Assembly (NCBI RefSeq): GCF_026210795.1
Contig: NC_089433.1
Location: 62,001-126,000, forward strand
Direction of reading: 5' to 3'
Source: Rhizophagus irregularis
Lineage: Eukaryota
DNA: 64,000 bases
Shown here: one piece after another, positions 1 through 11,991 of the stretch
How the letters are laid out: each line of letters starts with the position of its first letter
Position numbering within the stretch: the stretch's first letter is position 1
The notes under the pieces: model-generated
What the model saw: only the letters and a program-made list of their open reading frames with translations
What the model was told of the DNA's origin: nothing
Database searches by the model: none
Position numbers and translations under genes: made by a program

Positions 1-826
1 GTTTGACGTTTTTTCATTAAAAGAAACAAAAAAAAGTTTCTTTAATTAAAAAACGTCGGGTTTGACGTTTTTTCATTAAAAGAAACAAAAAAAAAATGTT
101 TCTTTATTAAAAAACGTCAGGTTTAACGTTTTTTCATTAAAAGAAACAAAAAAAATGTTTCTTAAATTAAAAACGTCGGGTTTGACATTTTTTTATTAAA
201 AGAAATAAAAAAAATGTTTCTTTAATTAAAAAACGTCGGGTTTGACGTTTTTTTCATTAAAAGAAACAAAAAAAATGTTTCTTTAATTAAAAAACGTCGG
301 GTTTGACGTTTTTTTCATTAAAAGAAATAAAAAAAAATGTTTCTTTAATTAAAAAACGTCGGGTTTGACGTTTTTTCATTAAAAGAAATAAAAAAAATGT
401 TTCTTTAATTAAAAAACGTCGGGTTTGACGTTTTTTCATTAAAAGAAACAAAAAAAATGTTTCTTTAATTAAAAAACGTCGGGTTTGACATTTTTTTCAT
501 TAAAAGAAACAAAAAAAAATGTTTCTTTAATTAAAAAACGTCGGGTTTGACGTTTTTTTCATTAAAAGAAATAAAAAAAATGTTTCTTTAATTAAAAAAC
601 GTCAGGTTTGACGTTTTTTCATTAAAAGAAACAAAAGAAACAAAAGAAAACGTTTCTTTAATTAAAAAATGTCGAACCTGACGTTTTTTATTAAAAGAAA
701 CAAAAGAAAATGTTTCTTTAATTAAAAAACCTCGAACCTGACGTTTTTTATTAAAAGAAACAAAAAAAAATTGTTTCTTTAATTTAAAAATGTCAGGTCC
801 GACGTTTTTCATTAGAAGAAACAAAG
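1..826. repeat. Tandem array of ~60-bp units, each with two small palindromes
   Basis: About 13 copies of GTTTGACGTTTTTTCATTAAAAGAAACAAAAAAAATGTTTCTTTAATTAAAAAACGTCGG; variation is mostly homopolymer length. Confidence 0.95.
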
Positions 827-1003
827 TTTTGGCGTAATAAAAAGTGCCGAAACGTTTTTTTGATCTAAAATATATCGGGTCAATGGGTCGGGTCGGATAT
901 CCGAACTGACCCGTGATATTCGGGTCGGGTCATCAAATTCATGACTTGCCTTGGGTCGAGTCAAGTCAATTACCCGACCTGACCCGACACATTCGGAGCT
1001 CTA
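1..1003. mobile_element. Right part of a non-autonomous hAT-like element (left end outside window)
   Basis: Ends in ...CACATTCGGAGCTCTA (revcomp TAGAGCTCCGAA), similar to the TAG-start TIRs of the 8-bp-TSD elements at 57011 and 28428. Subterminal GGGTC/GACCCG repeats at 877-990. TSD cannot be checked. Confidence 0.6.
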
Positions 1004-1226
1004 GACTAGCAACCTAGAATTTAGTTAAAAAAATTAGTCTTCCAAGACTCGTTTCACAAACACATTAAATTTTATATCGCGGGATCAGATTAGGTTTCCA
1101 TTTCACGGAGTCTCAAGTACCGGCAAAAGTTTGATATATAGCATATGGTATAAAACTAGTTACTACTGTGCGGGAAGTAATTATATTACAACGGACATCA
1201 GCCCTTCGCTAGCAATTATACCATAC

Positions 1227-3946
1227 TTTTTTTTTTTTTTTTTTTTTTAAAACTGTAATGCATCTTTATTAGGATTTAGAGTCAGTCAAATAAACTATCC
1301 TAAGTTACAAGACACTTAGAGCTGGTCATGCTAAACATGTAACAACCCTATAACAGAGTAATCGAACCAAACAAAAAGAAACATTACAGAAAAATAATAA
1401 AATAAATATACTACCTGAAAATAAAATATCTAAAACTAGCAAACTATACTATTTTTGAAACCTAACTATTTGAATTCTAAATTTTAAAATGTAGGATTAA
1501 AGATGAAATGTGTAATAATGTTCGAGTCTGCCATGTGCAGCTTCAAAAGATGAGTCCCAACGGTCCCACACCCAAACAGTATATTCCACCAAATCCCCTT
1601 TATACCTACGAAGAATAAAAGTTAGTATTCTAAACTAAATTGAACGAGTCAAAATAAAATACTTTTTTTTTTTTTTTTTTTTTATAATTTTGTTATCGGA
1701 ATCTTTTTTACGTGAATCACGTGACTTCGATTAAAAAAAAAAATAATTCATTTTTCCTCGTAAGTCTCTTCCTTCTCTCTTCACTTCTTGTTGTTCTTCT
1801 TCTTCTTCTTTTTCTTTCCACTATTCTTTTTTGATGGTGATGCCGTAGGTTCTGCTTCTTCTTCTTTTTCTTCATCAAACATCGTAAACTGGATTTTTTG
1901 TCCTTCCTCAAGTTGATAATTTGTTGTCCAGCACTCCTCAAGAATACTGTTCTCTTCATCAAACTGGTCAAGATCTGAAGGTTCCTCCTCTTTCTTCGGA
2001 GATTCTAACATCGGTCTTTTTTCACCGATCTTCTTTTCGTCTTGGTAGCGATTTTCATTCTCCAATCTTTTTTTAAAATCATCGTTTAGGGTCGTATATT
2101 CCTGGAATATTCTCGTTTGTTCCGCTAAACTTATGATTTTGTTGCCTACTAGGAAGAAATTGTTTTTGTCCATGGCCCATTTCCTCGCTTCCTCCTGACT
2201 TGTAATCCCATGTTCTCTGCGTATCGCGTGGATGGCCTCATCGTTAATTTTCTCCCATTCCATTTTGTTAGACGTTTGATCGAAGATGTTCCTCACTTCC
2301 TTCAGTTTATCCATCAAAACCTCGTGTGTTGATTCTTGATACTGAACGTATTTAATTTTATTTCCCGTTCTGTAATCTTTGATAATATCAACCACTTCTT
2401 CTGGTGCTACATTATCTTTCCTTAAGGAAGATGATTCCCCTTTATTCCCTGTAGTGTCGTTATGATCTGAAGTATTCTCTTCTCCTACTCTCCAGTTTTT
2501 GATCATCTCGACAACTTCATTTTCGTCTGGCGTCTTACTTGTCCTTAGTGTTTGTTCCGTTTTTGATGGATATAGTAAGCTTTCTTTTCGTGAAGCGAAG
2601 TTTCCTAATTCTCTGTAGATTCTCTCCGGTGGTGTGATAGGTATCTTCGGTTCACTAGCCAATCGTAAAGGTGATCTCGTCCTGTTTTCCGTAGCTATAG
2701 CCTTGTCTTGAACGAACTTCTCTTTTTGTTTCATCGCTCTTTTTTTATCATCACCATCTTTGTATATCGTCTTCTTGTTTCTCACTAGCCAAACTCTATT
2801 GATATCTCCTTGTGTGCATGAATCCTCCACTGCTTCTTCCATTTCTTTGAGGTTCTTGAAATACCCAATCACTTTCCAATTTTTTGTGATTTTGATAATT
2901 TTAATGAACGCCGTTTTGGAAGTTTGTTGCAGTTGTTTCGTGAAGTCGTATATGTTGTCCTTCTTTATAAATTCCATTTCCTCGTTAGTTAGGTCTTTCA
3001 CAGTCTGCCATTGATCCCGCTCTTGTCGTCCTTTCAAACCTAATTTTGCGTCATACCATCTGATGAAGTTTTTGCTAATACAAATACCGAAATGTCCATC
3101 CGAGAACGTTTTTTCAAAATTTTCGTTCAAAGATATTTTTGCCTTAACGGTTTTGTATTTGTATTGTCCTCGAATTTGCAGTCTATAAACCGTTCCTATT
3201 TTCATCAGATTTGTTCTAACATCGTCCTCACTCCAATATTTTGGTATATCGTAGAAAAATATGTCACGTGCCTCCTTGGCCTGCTGATCATTACTGGTAT
3301 TTTCGGGTAAAACTGGTATCTCTAAAATTTCTTCCCGTTTTCTCCTGTTTGTTAACGATCTGCCTTTTTTAGATTTATTCGGCTGATCGATTTCTTTGTT
3401 GACGCCTGTTTTAACCTTTTTTAGTTCTGATCTCGTTTTCTCTACTTCTTGCGAAATTTTCCTTATTTGTTCATTTTTCTGCGATATTATTCGTTCCTGT
3501 GTTTTCTCCATCTTGCCTTTCTTATCCATCATGTGATCTTTTCTCCGCAGCTCTTCTCGCAACTTTGAATTTTCCCATGAGAGTCTTTTTATTTCGTCTA
3601 TATAGACGTCGAAAGACGTTGCTGAACACTTTAAAATGATATCTTTTATTGTTTCTTTTCTGCGTACAGCATCGTTCCGTATTGACTCCAGGAAGTTTTG
3701 TTCAGTTTTGCTGAGACCGCCGTCTCTTGGTACTCTTTCTGGGAGTTTTGCTGTGGTCCTTGAGTTCGCACTGAAAATATTTTTTGTTTCTTTTAGAAAC
3801 CTATATCTATATTCTGTAAATTTGTATGCTGACTCCATTTTTGAGGTTATTTATTTGTATTTTATTAATAAAAAAACTCGTAAAAGACGTTTTTCCTTCC
3901 GCTAAAAATTTGGGTAGAATGATCGTCAGAAAGAGTCCCCCTCCTT
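1227..3946 (-). mobile_element. ORF1-only non-autonomous non-LTR retroposon (HAL1-like)
   Basis: Poly(T) run at 1227-1248 (poly(A) on minus) with a minus-strand AATAAA at ~1265-1270. TSD GCAATTATACCATAC(T) at 1212-1226 and 3947-3961. One long ORF, no RT motifs. Confidence 0.85.
1781..3838 (-). CDS. 685-aa LINE ORF1-like protein (coiled coil, RRM-like domain, acidic and K-rich tail)
   Basis: Intact intronless ORF. RDIFFYDIPKYWSEDDVRTNLMKIGTV resembles an RRM start (compare IQVTDIPFFIKKDNLMAYFKKFGNI in the other LINE's ORF1). Confidence 0.8.
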   Translation of the reverse strand: MESAYKFTEYRYRFLKETKNIFSANSRTTAKLPERVPRDGGLSKTEQNFLESIRNDAVRRKETIKDIILKCSATSFDVYIDEIKRLSWENSKLREELRRKDHMMDKKGKMEKTQERIISQKNEQIRKISQEVEKTRSELKKVKTGVNKEIDQPNKSKKGRSLTNRRKREEILEIPVLPENTSNDQQAKEARDIFFYDIPKYWSEDDVRTNLMKIGTVYRLQIRGQYKYKTVKAKISLNENFEKTFSDGHFGICISKNFIRWYDAKLGLKGRQERDQWQTVKDLTNEEMEFIKKDNIYDFTKQLQQTSKTAFIKIIKITKNWKVIGYFKNLKEMEEAVEDSCTQGDINRVWLVRNKKTIYKDGDDKKRAMKQKEKFVQDKAIATENRTRSPLRLASEPKIPITPPERIYRELGNFASRKESLLYPSKTEQTLRTSKTPDENEVVEMIKNWRVGEENTSDHNDTTGNKGESSSLRKDNVAPEEVVDIIKDYRTGNKIKYVQYQESTHEVLMDKLKEVRNIFDQTSNKMEWEKINDEAIHAIRREHGITSQEEARKWAMDKNNFFLVGNKIISLAEQTRIFQEYTTLNDDFKKRLENENRYQDEKKIGEKRPMLESPKKEEEPSDLDQFDEENSILEECWTTNYQLEEGQKIQFTMFDEEKEEEAEPTASPSKKNSGKKKKKKKNNKK

Positions 3947-5007
3947 GCAATTATACCATACTAGAAAACCTAAAAAAAAGTATGTCATCATATCCATATA
4001 TTCATCATGAAAATAGTTTATCATCTTACCCGTTTAGCTAATTTTTTCCCAGTACCAAAACTTCAAAGCTTTTTTTTTCGTTCAACATCCTCCGAGGGAA
4101 CTCGTTCTAAAACTTTTTGCAAAATATTTTCAAAGTTCTCCACCTCCTTTTCGAGATTGCCTGTCCATTCACCTTCCTCTACTCGTACAAATAATGCCGT
4201 AGAAATTCTGACGATATCAAGGGGTTCTCTGGTTAAAAGGAACTCTTCCATGTTTAGATAAAATAAGAAGATAATTGTTAGTGAAAAGCTTGCTAGTCAA
4301 AGTAAAAAAAAATAATGTACGGTAAATTCCAATACCTTTTCGCCATACCCTTTTAAATGTCTTGCATTTCCCATTCACATCCTCTCTAATTCACATTCAT
4401 GTTGGGGGAGAGATAGGAGATATGCAAGGTACTTTACGCCAAAATTTTATGTTTAAGAGTAAGACATGCGGAATGTGCATTGTAGATCTCAACATTGCAA
4501 AGGCGTTGGAGAATATGCATATACGAACTTTTTTTTCGCCGTACCGCTTAATACTAAGACCTGGCAACGTTATATAATGTATTTCTAGTAAACACCATAT
4601 AGTAGAAATAGCCTGTAGCTCTGGAGAAATAAACTCACAAATTCCACTAAACGTTGCTAGGGAAAAAATTCGAAATATTTTTGGGGAACGCTTTACGCTT
4701 ATATGTGAAATTATTTCATCACACAAGCATAAAGTATCACTTATTACCATCATATCCACTCATCAGGATCAGAAACACGTTTATTTTCTGTCGCACAGTC
4801 CACATGTATTATCTGTAAGGTACTCGCATGGATGGTCTAACCCAGATTAGGTGGATCACAATTTTTTATTTCACATAAATTATACATTTCACTAGCGATC
4901 ACCCATACATTGTAGTGGAGTAAGCGAATGAAAGTAAGAAAAATGATTTATTGTATTATTAAGTAAAATGTCTTTGGCTAATAATTATACATAAATATAA
5001 TACTATA

Positions 5008-6151
5008 TTATTTTGATAAAGAATCTATGGCCCGAAAAACTTGGCACACATATTCACAATTATTATTCAAATCTGAGAAATCTATAATGTTAAACTTTAT
5101 CTCGATAGTAAAACCATATTCAGATTTAAAATAGTCAATTTTTAGCGAATCATATAGATATGGTTTGCCTGTTATTTTACATCTATAACGCGCATATTCT
5201 GAACTTTTAATAAAGTTTACGTTGCTATTGTTATAATATTCATTAATACGGTAATATTCAGGATTTAATAGCCACTTTAACATATAATACCAATCACCAT
5301 ATGTAACGATTCTATAGCCTTGCTGATGTAATACTATAAAGCAACTATATATGCTATATTACCTAATTGATTATGTAACTGATCACTCTTCTTTTCTGCC
5401 CACTCACGTGGAATATGACCATCATATAAATTATTCAGAAAAGATTCAGATAAATCTTTAGCTAGAATTTTTCGATCAATATACCATACATATGGATCAT
5501 AAATATCTCTTTTATCACGAGGAGATAGAAACTTCTTCTCATAAGAAGTACCATCATTCCTCACCATATTCCAAACTCGTTTTGCCCATGTTTCAGGTCT
5601 CAACTTGAAAGTTCTCTGAGCCCGTTGGATAATTTTGCACTATTAATTAAATGATATGCAACACTTTTCATAATTTCTTTTGAAGCACGAGAATAATAAA
5701 ATTCAGAGCTTTTTCTGTATCTAAAATAAATATTACCATAAATTTCACCAATCTCATCATCACTAAGCGCTTTTTTACTTTTTCGTTTCCATAATACAGA
5801 TCTATAATATGCAACACGCCTTTCCTCTATTTTAGCAATGCATTCATTCAGATGCTTATCTGCGCATTTCTCAGTATTTTCACAGATAAATACTAAGGAA
5901 TCACATGCAGTGCAATAAATATGAAATGTACGTCTTTCAGGTCCGAATTTCCCATATTTATATTCTCTTTCAGTCATGTGAATAAATTCATTCTTTGAGA
6001 AGAATGTTGGGTTATATTCGATAAGTTTCCTGAATGGAACACGAATTTGGAAATACCACATTTTTGGCGTTTCATTACTATATCTGTAATGCAGATTAGT
6101 TAATGCTTTCACCACTATAGGGTTTAAACCATATTTGTCACTTTTAACCAT
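5008..6151 (-). pseudogene. Single ~380-aa hypothetical gene split by two 1-nt frameshifts (Cys/His cluster, IQ-like motif)
   Basis: ORFs 5600-6172, 5334-5603 and 5008-5283 join if one base is added in the runs at ~5633 (gives KIIQRAQRTFKLRPETWAK) and ~5338 (gives VLHQQGYRIVTYGDWYYMLKW). Contains HIYCTACD...C..H...C. Confidence 0.6.
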
Positions 6152-6559
6152 TTTACTAGCGAATTCTAGCAATTATTTAGCAACTTATACTAGATAATAT
6201 CGCCATTCAAATTTATACAGATTTGTAGCCGATTTGAGAGACTACATGCTAGTAAATCCAAAATTCATTTTTTTATTCGATTACAAGTATATCGGGATTT
6301 ATAGGGTCATCTCTCTTATTAAGGCTAAGCTAATTTTATATTTACATGCATATGCACGGTGCTTGGCTAAATCGGTTTGTGGCATGACGTATATCATATT
6401 ACATATATCACCCTAGCTCCCTGCCAGTTCCTCAATAGTTCCTCGATAGTTCTAGAAGTGTTCCAGGAGTGTTCCAGGAGTTGGCGAGTTTCTATAAATC
6501 ACGAGATGATTGACCAATCAGATTTTCCGTAGCAACTAAATACAGATAATTAATATCTC

Positions 6560-7070
6560 CTATTTTTTCTGATGGTAGAGTCTAGACATGCAGTCTGGGC
6601 TCGTCAAAATTGCGCAGAAACATCCGGTTAAATTTATCTCCTGAAATCATGATAGTAGAGTCTGGACTGCTTGTTCAGGGTTGCGCATAAGCAGGATTAG
6701 CATCCGGTTAAATTTATTTTCCGAAATAGCCTATAGTATGGTAGTGATTGGCACGGTGCCCGGGCTCAACGAATTATTTTATACACATATGCTATCTTCG
6801 CAGATTGATAGATCAAGAGAGGAGAAAAACGTGATCGACTGACCAGCGATCAAGAAAACTACATACGGTTAATTTTTAGCAGTTTAAAAAAAATCGGTTA
6901 AATTTATCTCCTAAAATCATGATGGCAAAGTCTGGACTACTTGTCCGAGCTCGTCAAAATTGCGCAGAAAAAATGTGATCAAGTGACAGGCAAACATATG
7001 GCTAATTTTTGATAGCCATATTCTCCTAAAAATGATGGCCGAGGCTATCTGAGCTCATCAAACCTTTCAT
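6560..7070. repeat. Degenerate tandem motif cluster
   Basis: Recurring AGTCTGGACT..GCTCGTCAAAATTGCGCAGAAA and CGGTTAAATTTATCTCC..AAATCATGAT, about 3-5 copies each. Confidence 0.6.
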
Positions 7071-7462
7071 GTTAAAATTTCAGCAATTACATAATTGGTT
7101 TCATCAATAGTTATATTTAAGATGTATGTGTCACTTGTGATATTCAAAATATTATAGATCATGTGAACGGAAAATTCGGGAAAACTGTTACGATCCGAAT
7201 CATGTGACTTGGAAACTCTCATTTATATTACATGCGCATGAGCATAGCTTCTGCGGGAGATAATCTAACCGTCTTAGCGATAATATTAAGGCAAGGGAAT
7301 AATAAGAAATTTTTATTTTGAGGGAGTAATATATGCAGATAATGATTTATTTTTACACGTTTGTCAATATGATATGCTTGTACTGTATATGAATTCGCAA
7401 CTAAGCTCTTAGATATGCTACTTTTTACTTATCACACATCACACCAGAATTCATGTTTTTTT

Positions 7463-9683
7463 TTATTTTTTCTTTTTCTTATTTCTTTTTTTACTTTCTT
7501 TTTTACTTCCTTCTCCTCTTTCTATATAACTAGAGGACCTTTTTGCAGGAACAGTTGATGGGTCTGCATCGTCAGTTAATGGTTTATCTGCAGTTGACAG
7601 AGTTGAGATTCTAGCTAATGGTGTGATTAATGGTTCATCGGCAGTTGACAAAGTTGAAATTCTTTCTTCAATTGTTGCAGTAGATGACATTCTAGCTAGT
7701 GAATCTTCAGAACCCAAATCAATTCTCAGAACGTATTGCTTGATCTGTTCAATAATCCAAGGATTTACATTTGTAGCAATAACATCTTTAATTGTAGCAT
7801 AATTCTGCTTTTTATAATTATCAAACAACTGTGCTGGCACAACGAAATAAAAATCAATATCACCTGTTTTCATTAATTTACTCTGAAGTTTATTCAAACC
7901 AATCATCTTAATATTATGATTCAAGGATGTAGTCATTTGGAAGAGGGTGTCAGGTGCATAAATTGCATCAATTGATGGGAAAGTTTTATCAATTGGTTGA
8001 TAGTACATTTCATTTTTAGTTTCATTAATATTAGAAAACCTATGTTCATCCTGTTGAGAAAGCTTGAACGTGTATTTTTTTTTAGTATCTAAAAAATGAA
8101 TTTGAAATTCCCACCCACTCCGTAACATCTGGTGAGCGATTGACTCAAAATAACTGCCTAGGACTGAATTACTTTTGCCTCCGTTCAAGACTTCATCTAG
8201 ATTCATAAACAATTTATTTGTTATCATCCTTTTGACATTACTAGTTACCTGTTTAACCACATAGTCAGATGCAAATTTAATAATTTTTTGCGTATAGGGT
8301 TCTGCATCATCTCTCCCTGGTAAGTTTGTCCAAATATGGACGAGTTTATGACTTACATCGTCTTTGCTTTCGCTTCTACCAATATATCTAAATATATTTT
8401 CATCACATAATCCAATTGCATCTTTGAGCTGACTTTGAATTTCCGTGTTCAGAGCACCTGCCAAAACATACCTAAGGATCCCTCCCTATTTTTTAAACAA
8501 CCCATAAACCTTATTAACACTAAGATCTTTGAAAAGTTTATTACTGCATATGTTGATTTCGTCTCAGGACCATATTGGCATGTATCGTACACTTGGAATC
8601 TTTTTATCGAATTCCTTATGATGAGCATTCAATGGAGAGCAGATAAGAATTGTTTTTGCCTCAACTATATCTGGTTCTTTACCATCCACGACATACCAAA
8701 CACTAGAATCATCAAGGTATCTATTAATTTCATCGAAGTGAAATGTCTTGTGAAGACAAAAGGCCCAGCCTTCGTGATCAAATAAAATAACTCGACTTGG
8801 TTCATTCATGATACAGATTTCATATATAACTGTATAATTAAACACTGCGAGATGATAAAGTATGTAGTATCTGAAGAAAGTTTTCCCAATTTCTGGGTTT
8901 TCAGAGATACGCAGTTTTCTTACATTATCATCAAAAACAACTAAGATTAGGTCATCATAATATTTACGAATGAGTAGTTTTGAAGGTTTGCTATTTTTTC
9001 CAAAAAAATGAGCTTCCCCAGATAGCTCAAGGAAATCATTATCATCCAATTCTGCTGTATTTTTCAAAGCTTTCCAAAAGTTCGTCAACTTTTCATCCAC
9101 AGTCTTTCTGTGTATGCCATGAAACACTATATAATAGAGATTAGCAAAAAAAAACAGTGTAAGCTGAATGGTTATAAAATAGTAACCAAAATTATTACGA
9201 CTCACTTACCACTAACAACCAGTTGCTCTGCGATAACGCGAATGTGTTTTTTGGGCGGGTTTGACGATAAGAATCAGGAAAGAAAAGCACAAGAATAAGT
9301 AAGTATTCGGTATTATTGGCGAATATGACGCGCAAGAGAAGAAGGAAAAAAATGGTATGACTCACCAGTAACGGGATAACTCGAATATTATTTCCTACAA
9401 CGTTTTGAAATGTATTTCCAACTGTATCGGCTGGATCTTCTAATTTTTTGTTTAAGTAGGGTTCAATAGCAGTTTCTTTATTCCTAAGTATATTCGAAGC
9501 AACATTAGTTCTCCATAGAATTAGTTCGTCTGCATCAACATTAGCAAAATAATTTGGTTTCACATTCTTGATAACATTTCTAAGGTCGATAAGATCGTTG
9601 TCCGCTCTGATAGTAATTTTGAAAATAAAATGATTTTCACGAATGATACACCAAAGCGCTCCAGTTGGTGCAATATTAGACAT
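7463..9683 (-). pseudogene. Crinkler (CRN)-like effector pseudogene: Ubl N-domain, P-loop NTPase, PD-(D/E)xK-like nuclease
   Basis: N-terminal LWCII...ELILWR...IRVI matches the CRN LxLFLAK/HVLV layout, followed by GTGAGT and GTAAGT intron donors. Degenerate Walker A ENPEIGKT, WYVVDG Walker B, C-terminal SIDAI..LFQMT. In-frame stops at ~8564 and ~8486 at probable Trp positions. Confidence 0.8.
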
Positions 9684-9814
9684 ATTGTATCACGAATAAT
9701 GGATAAATGGGGAAGAAATTTCTTTTTCATAAATCTGGAGAGTTTGATATAAATAAGGGGTAAAGTCGCACAGATTGATTAATATTTCAAAGTCACATGA
9801 TTCTGATCATTACG

Positions 9815-10250
9815 TTTTTTTTGCAAAACTTTATTGATTATTTTATAGATATATAACTTATCAGAAAAATGATAGAGAAGCAAATGAAATGTATGATGCT
9901 ATCAAAGAGGGAGAAAGTACGTGGATCCTAGGCCATTTAATGCAAGTCCCAGCATCAAGTTATTTCTTTGCTCTCTCACGTTTACTAAAAATATCTATAG
10001 CTAATTTGTTTCTATTGCTAATATTTCTAATTACAAGATTCTCATCCCTATACTTTTTTTCTACACTAGATTTTCGAAATAAATTATCCCGCCCATGTCT
10101 ACAGGATTTTCGTCTATTTATACCTCTCCCAAAAACAGATTATATAAAATAATATTTCCCGTAATGAAACTTCTCAGAGATTAAGTAATTTCGAATCTAT
10201 GGATAAATTTGGGAGATTAGCAACTGAGGTAAAAAAAATGTTTCTGATTC
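9815..10250 (-). mobile_element. Possible decayed 3' fragment of a LINE
   Basis: Short poly(T) at ~9815, minus-strand AATAAA at ~9829, and a broken basic frame (GINRRKSCRHGRD..) like LINE ORF2 tails. No TSD found. Confidence 0.3.
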
Positions 10251-10676
10251 ATACTTACCATTATTATTAATTTTCGCAACATTACATTCTGCCTGAAATT
10301 TATTACTTAATTAATTACAATAAAGGTAATTCGATTTTTTTATTGCCAGTACGATACTGCGCCAAAGTTTATTGAGGAGCGTGATTAAGGTTGCTTGCCG
10401 AAACTAGAGGGTTTCGGCAGAATGGCGTACGTGAAACTGCCAAAACAAATCATCAAGAAATGCCAAAACTGCGAAACCTATCAAAATCGCGAAACTGCCG
10501 TAACTTGCCGAAACTGTTTTGGCATTTCAGCAATACTTTCTATATGATTTAATTAGAGTTTCGGTATTTAAACAATTTATAAGAATAAAGACAATATGAT
10601 TTTTTGTATGTAAATATTTATTTTATAATATTTAATATTAAACTAATAAAATACACGATTAAAAATATAATAAAAA

Positions 10677-11631
10677 TTAAAATTTAATAATATCTTTATC
10701 TTCTATGTGGGGACCTGCTTCTACCTCTTCTTTTATCTCTACTTCTGTCCCGTCTTCTATCTCTACTTCTATCTCGTCTTCTATCTCTACTTCTATCTCG
10801 TCTTCTATCTTTACTTCTTGATCTACTTCTTGATCGAGACCTAGATCGCGACCTTCTTCTTTCCTTCGCAATCTATATTCATATCGATGTCGATCATGCG
10901 CAGCATGCTGCCGTCGATACTCTCGTCTAAACAGATCTAAAATCCAATAAAATATTAATGAATTGAATGAATTGCCTAAATAAAATTAATTTAAAATAAT
11001 AATTAATAATAATTACCGGTTTGTAACCAGAATTCATCGTTCATATCAGCAAAACACGCTCTATCGAAACTATTTGGGCTCATAATAGGAATGTCGTCAT
11101 CATTATTATTTATTATCCTACTGAGGTTTTCATAACCTCGTTTGAGGGCATTCCATTTTGTTTGGTATTGCCTGGGTGTCGCTGCAAATCCCGTTGCAAC
11201 GAACACCCTATTTGCTAGGGTACGCAGGAAACATGTAGCATACGGTGAGCTATGTACGTCTGTATAGTGTCGCGTATACGTTATACACGGGTGTGACTCT
11301 TTCACGTGACTATGCATTAAAGTAATGGGATGTGACATATAACATATATTTATCACGTGATTTGGGTGTGTTGTTTAGTTATTTGTCACATTTGTACCAC
11401 GTCAACTGTTACATGTCGCACCGTATGCTACGCATATAGCTCACCATACGCTACATGTTTTCTATATAATCTATTTGCTATTATTGTCCATGCATTTACA
11501 TGATGACGGTTTGCAATTTTTTCGAATTGCTGATGTAAGTTTCTCCGCTCCGCGATTAATTGCCTAGCTGCGTTAATCGTCCATTGGAATACTGGTGGTG
11601 GCAGTGGGACAAAAGGTACTAATGCTGCCAT
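10677..11631 (-). pseudogene. Myb/SANT-like (trihelix) DNA-binding gene with RS/RD-repeat tail, interrupted by a MITE
   Basis: Removing 11218-11471 plus one TSD restores WTINAARQLIAERR..AWTIIANRVFVATGFAATPRQYQTKWNALKRGY (W..W..KW.NL.K.Y pattern). GT-AG intron at 10937-11016. Confidence 0.8.
11218..11471. mobile_element. MULE-like MITE
   Basis: ~36-bp imperfect TIRs (..GAAACATGTAGCATACGGTGAGCTAT); 9-bp TSD TATTTGCTA; excision restores the host reading frame. Confidence 0.85.
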
Positions 11632-11991
11632 TTTTTATTTTTATGATTTTTTCGTAACTTGAAATTTGAAAATTAAATACAATTTGAAAATTAAATACAA
11701 TTTGAAAATTAAAAATACAATTTGGTTTTGAATTGCGAAAAAAAAATTCAAATTTCATAATATTTATAATAATTTTAAAATTCGTTATAGTAATGTTTAA
11801 AACATGAACTGATGAACATAATAACACTCTACATAATTAAAGTATTTGTAACAAAATAAACACAGTTTTGATTCTAATGTAATAAATTTAATTAACGCAG
11901 TTCTAAATTTTTTTTTGTAACGCAGTTCTTAAAATTTATTGATCTAATGTAATAAATTTAATTAAAGAAGTCCTTAAAACTTATTGATTCT

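Noticed and set aside
1..826. CRISPR-like array
   Set aside because: No unique spacers; whole units repeat; eukaryotic context and no cas genes.
4063..4830. Possible decayed Cys-containing gene on the minus strand
   Set aside because: An intron-like segment is present but I found no coherent frame or recognisable domain.
5008..6172. Prokaryote-like operon of three overlapping ORFs
   Set aside because: Better explained as one gene with two 1-nt frameshifts.
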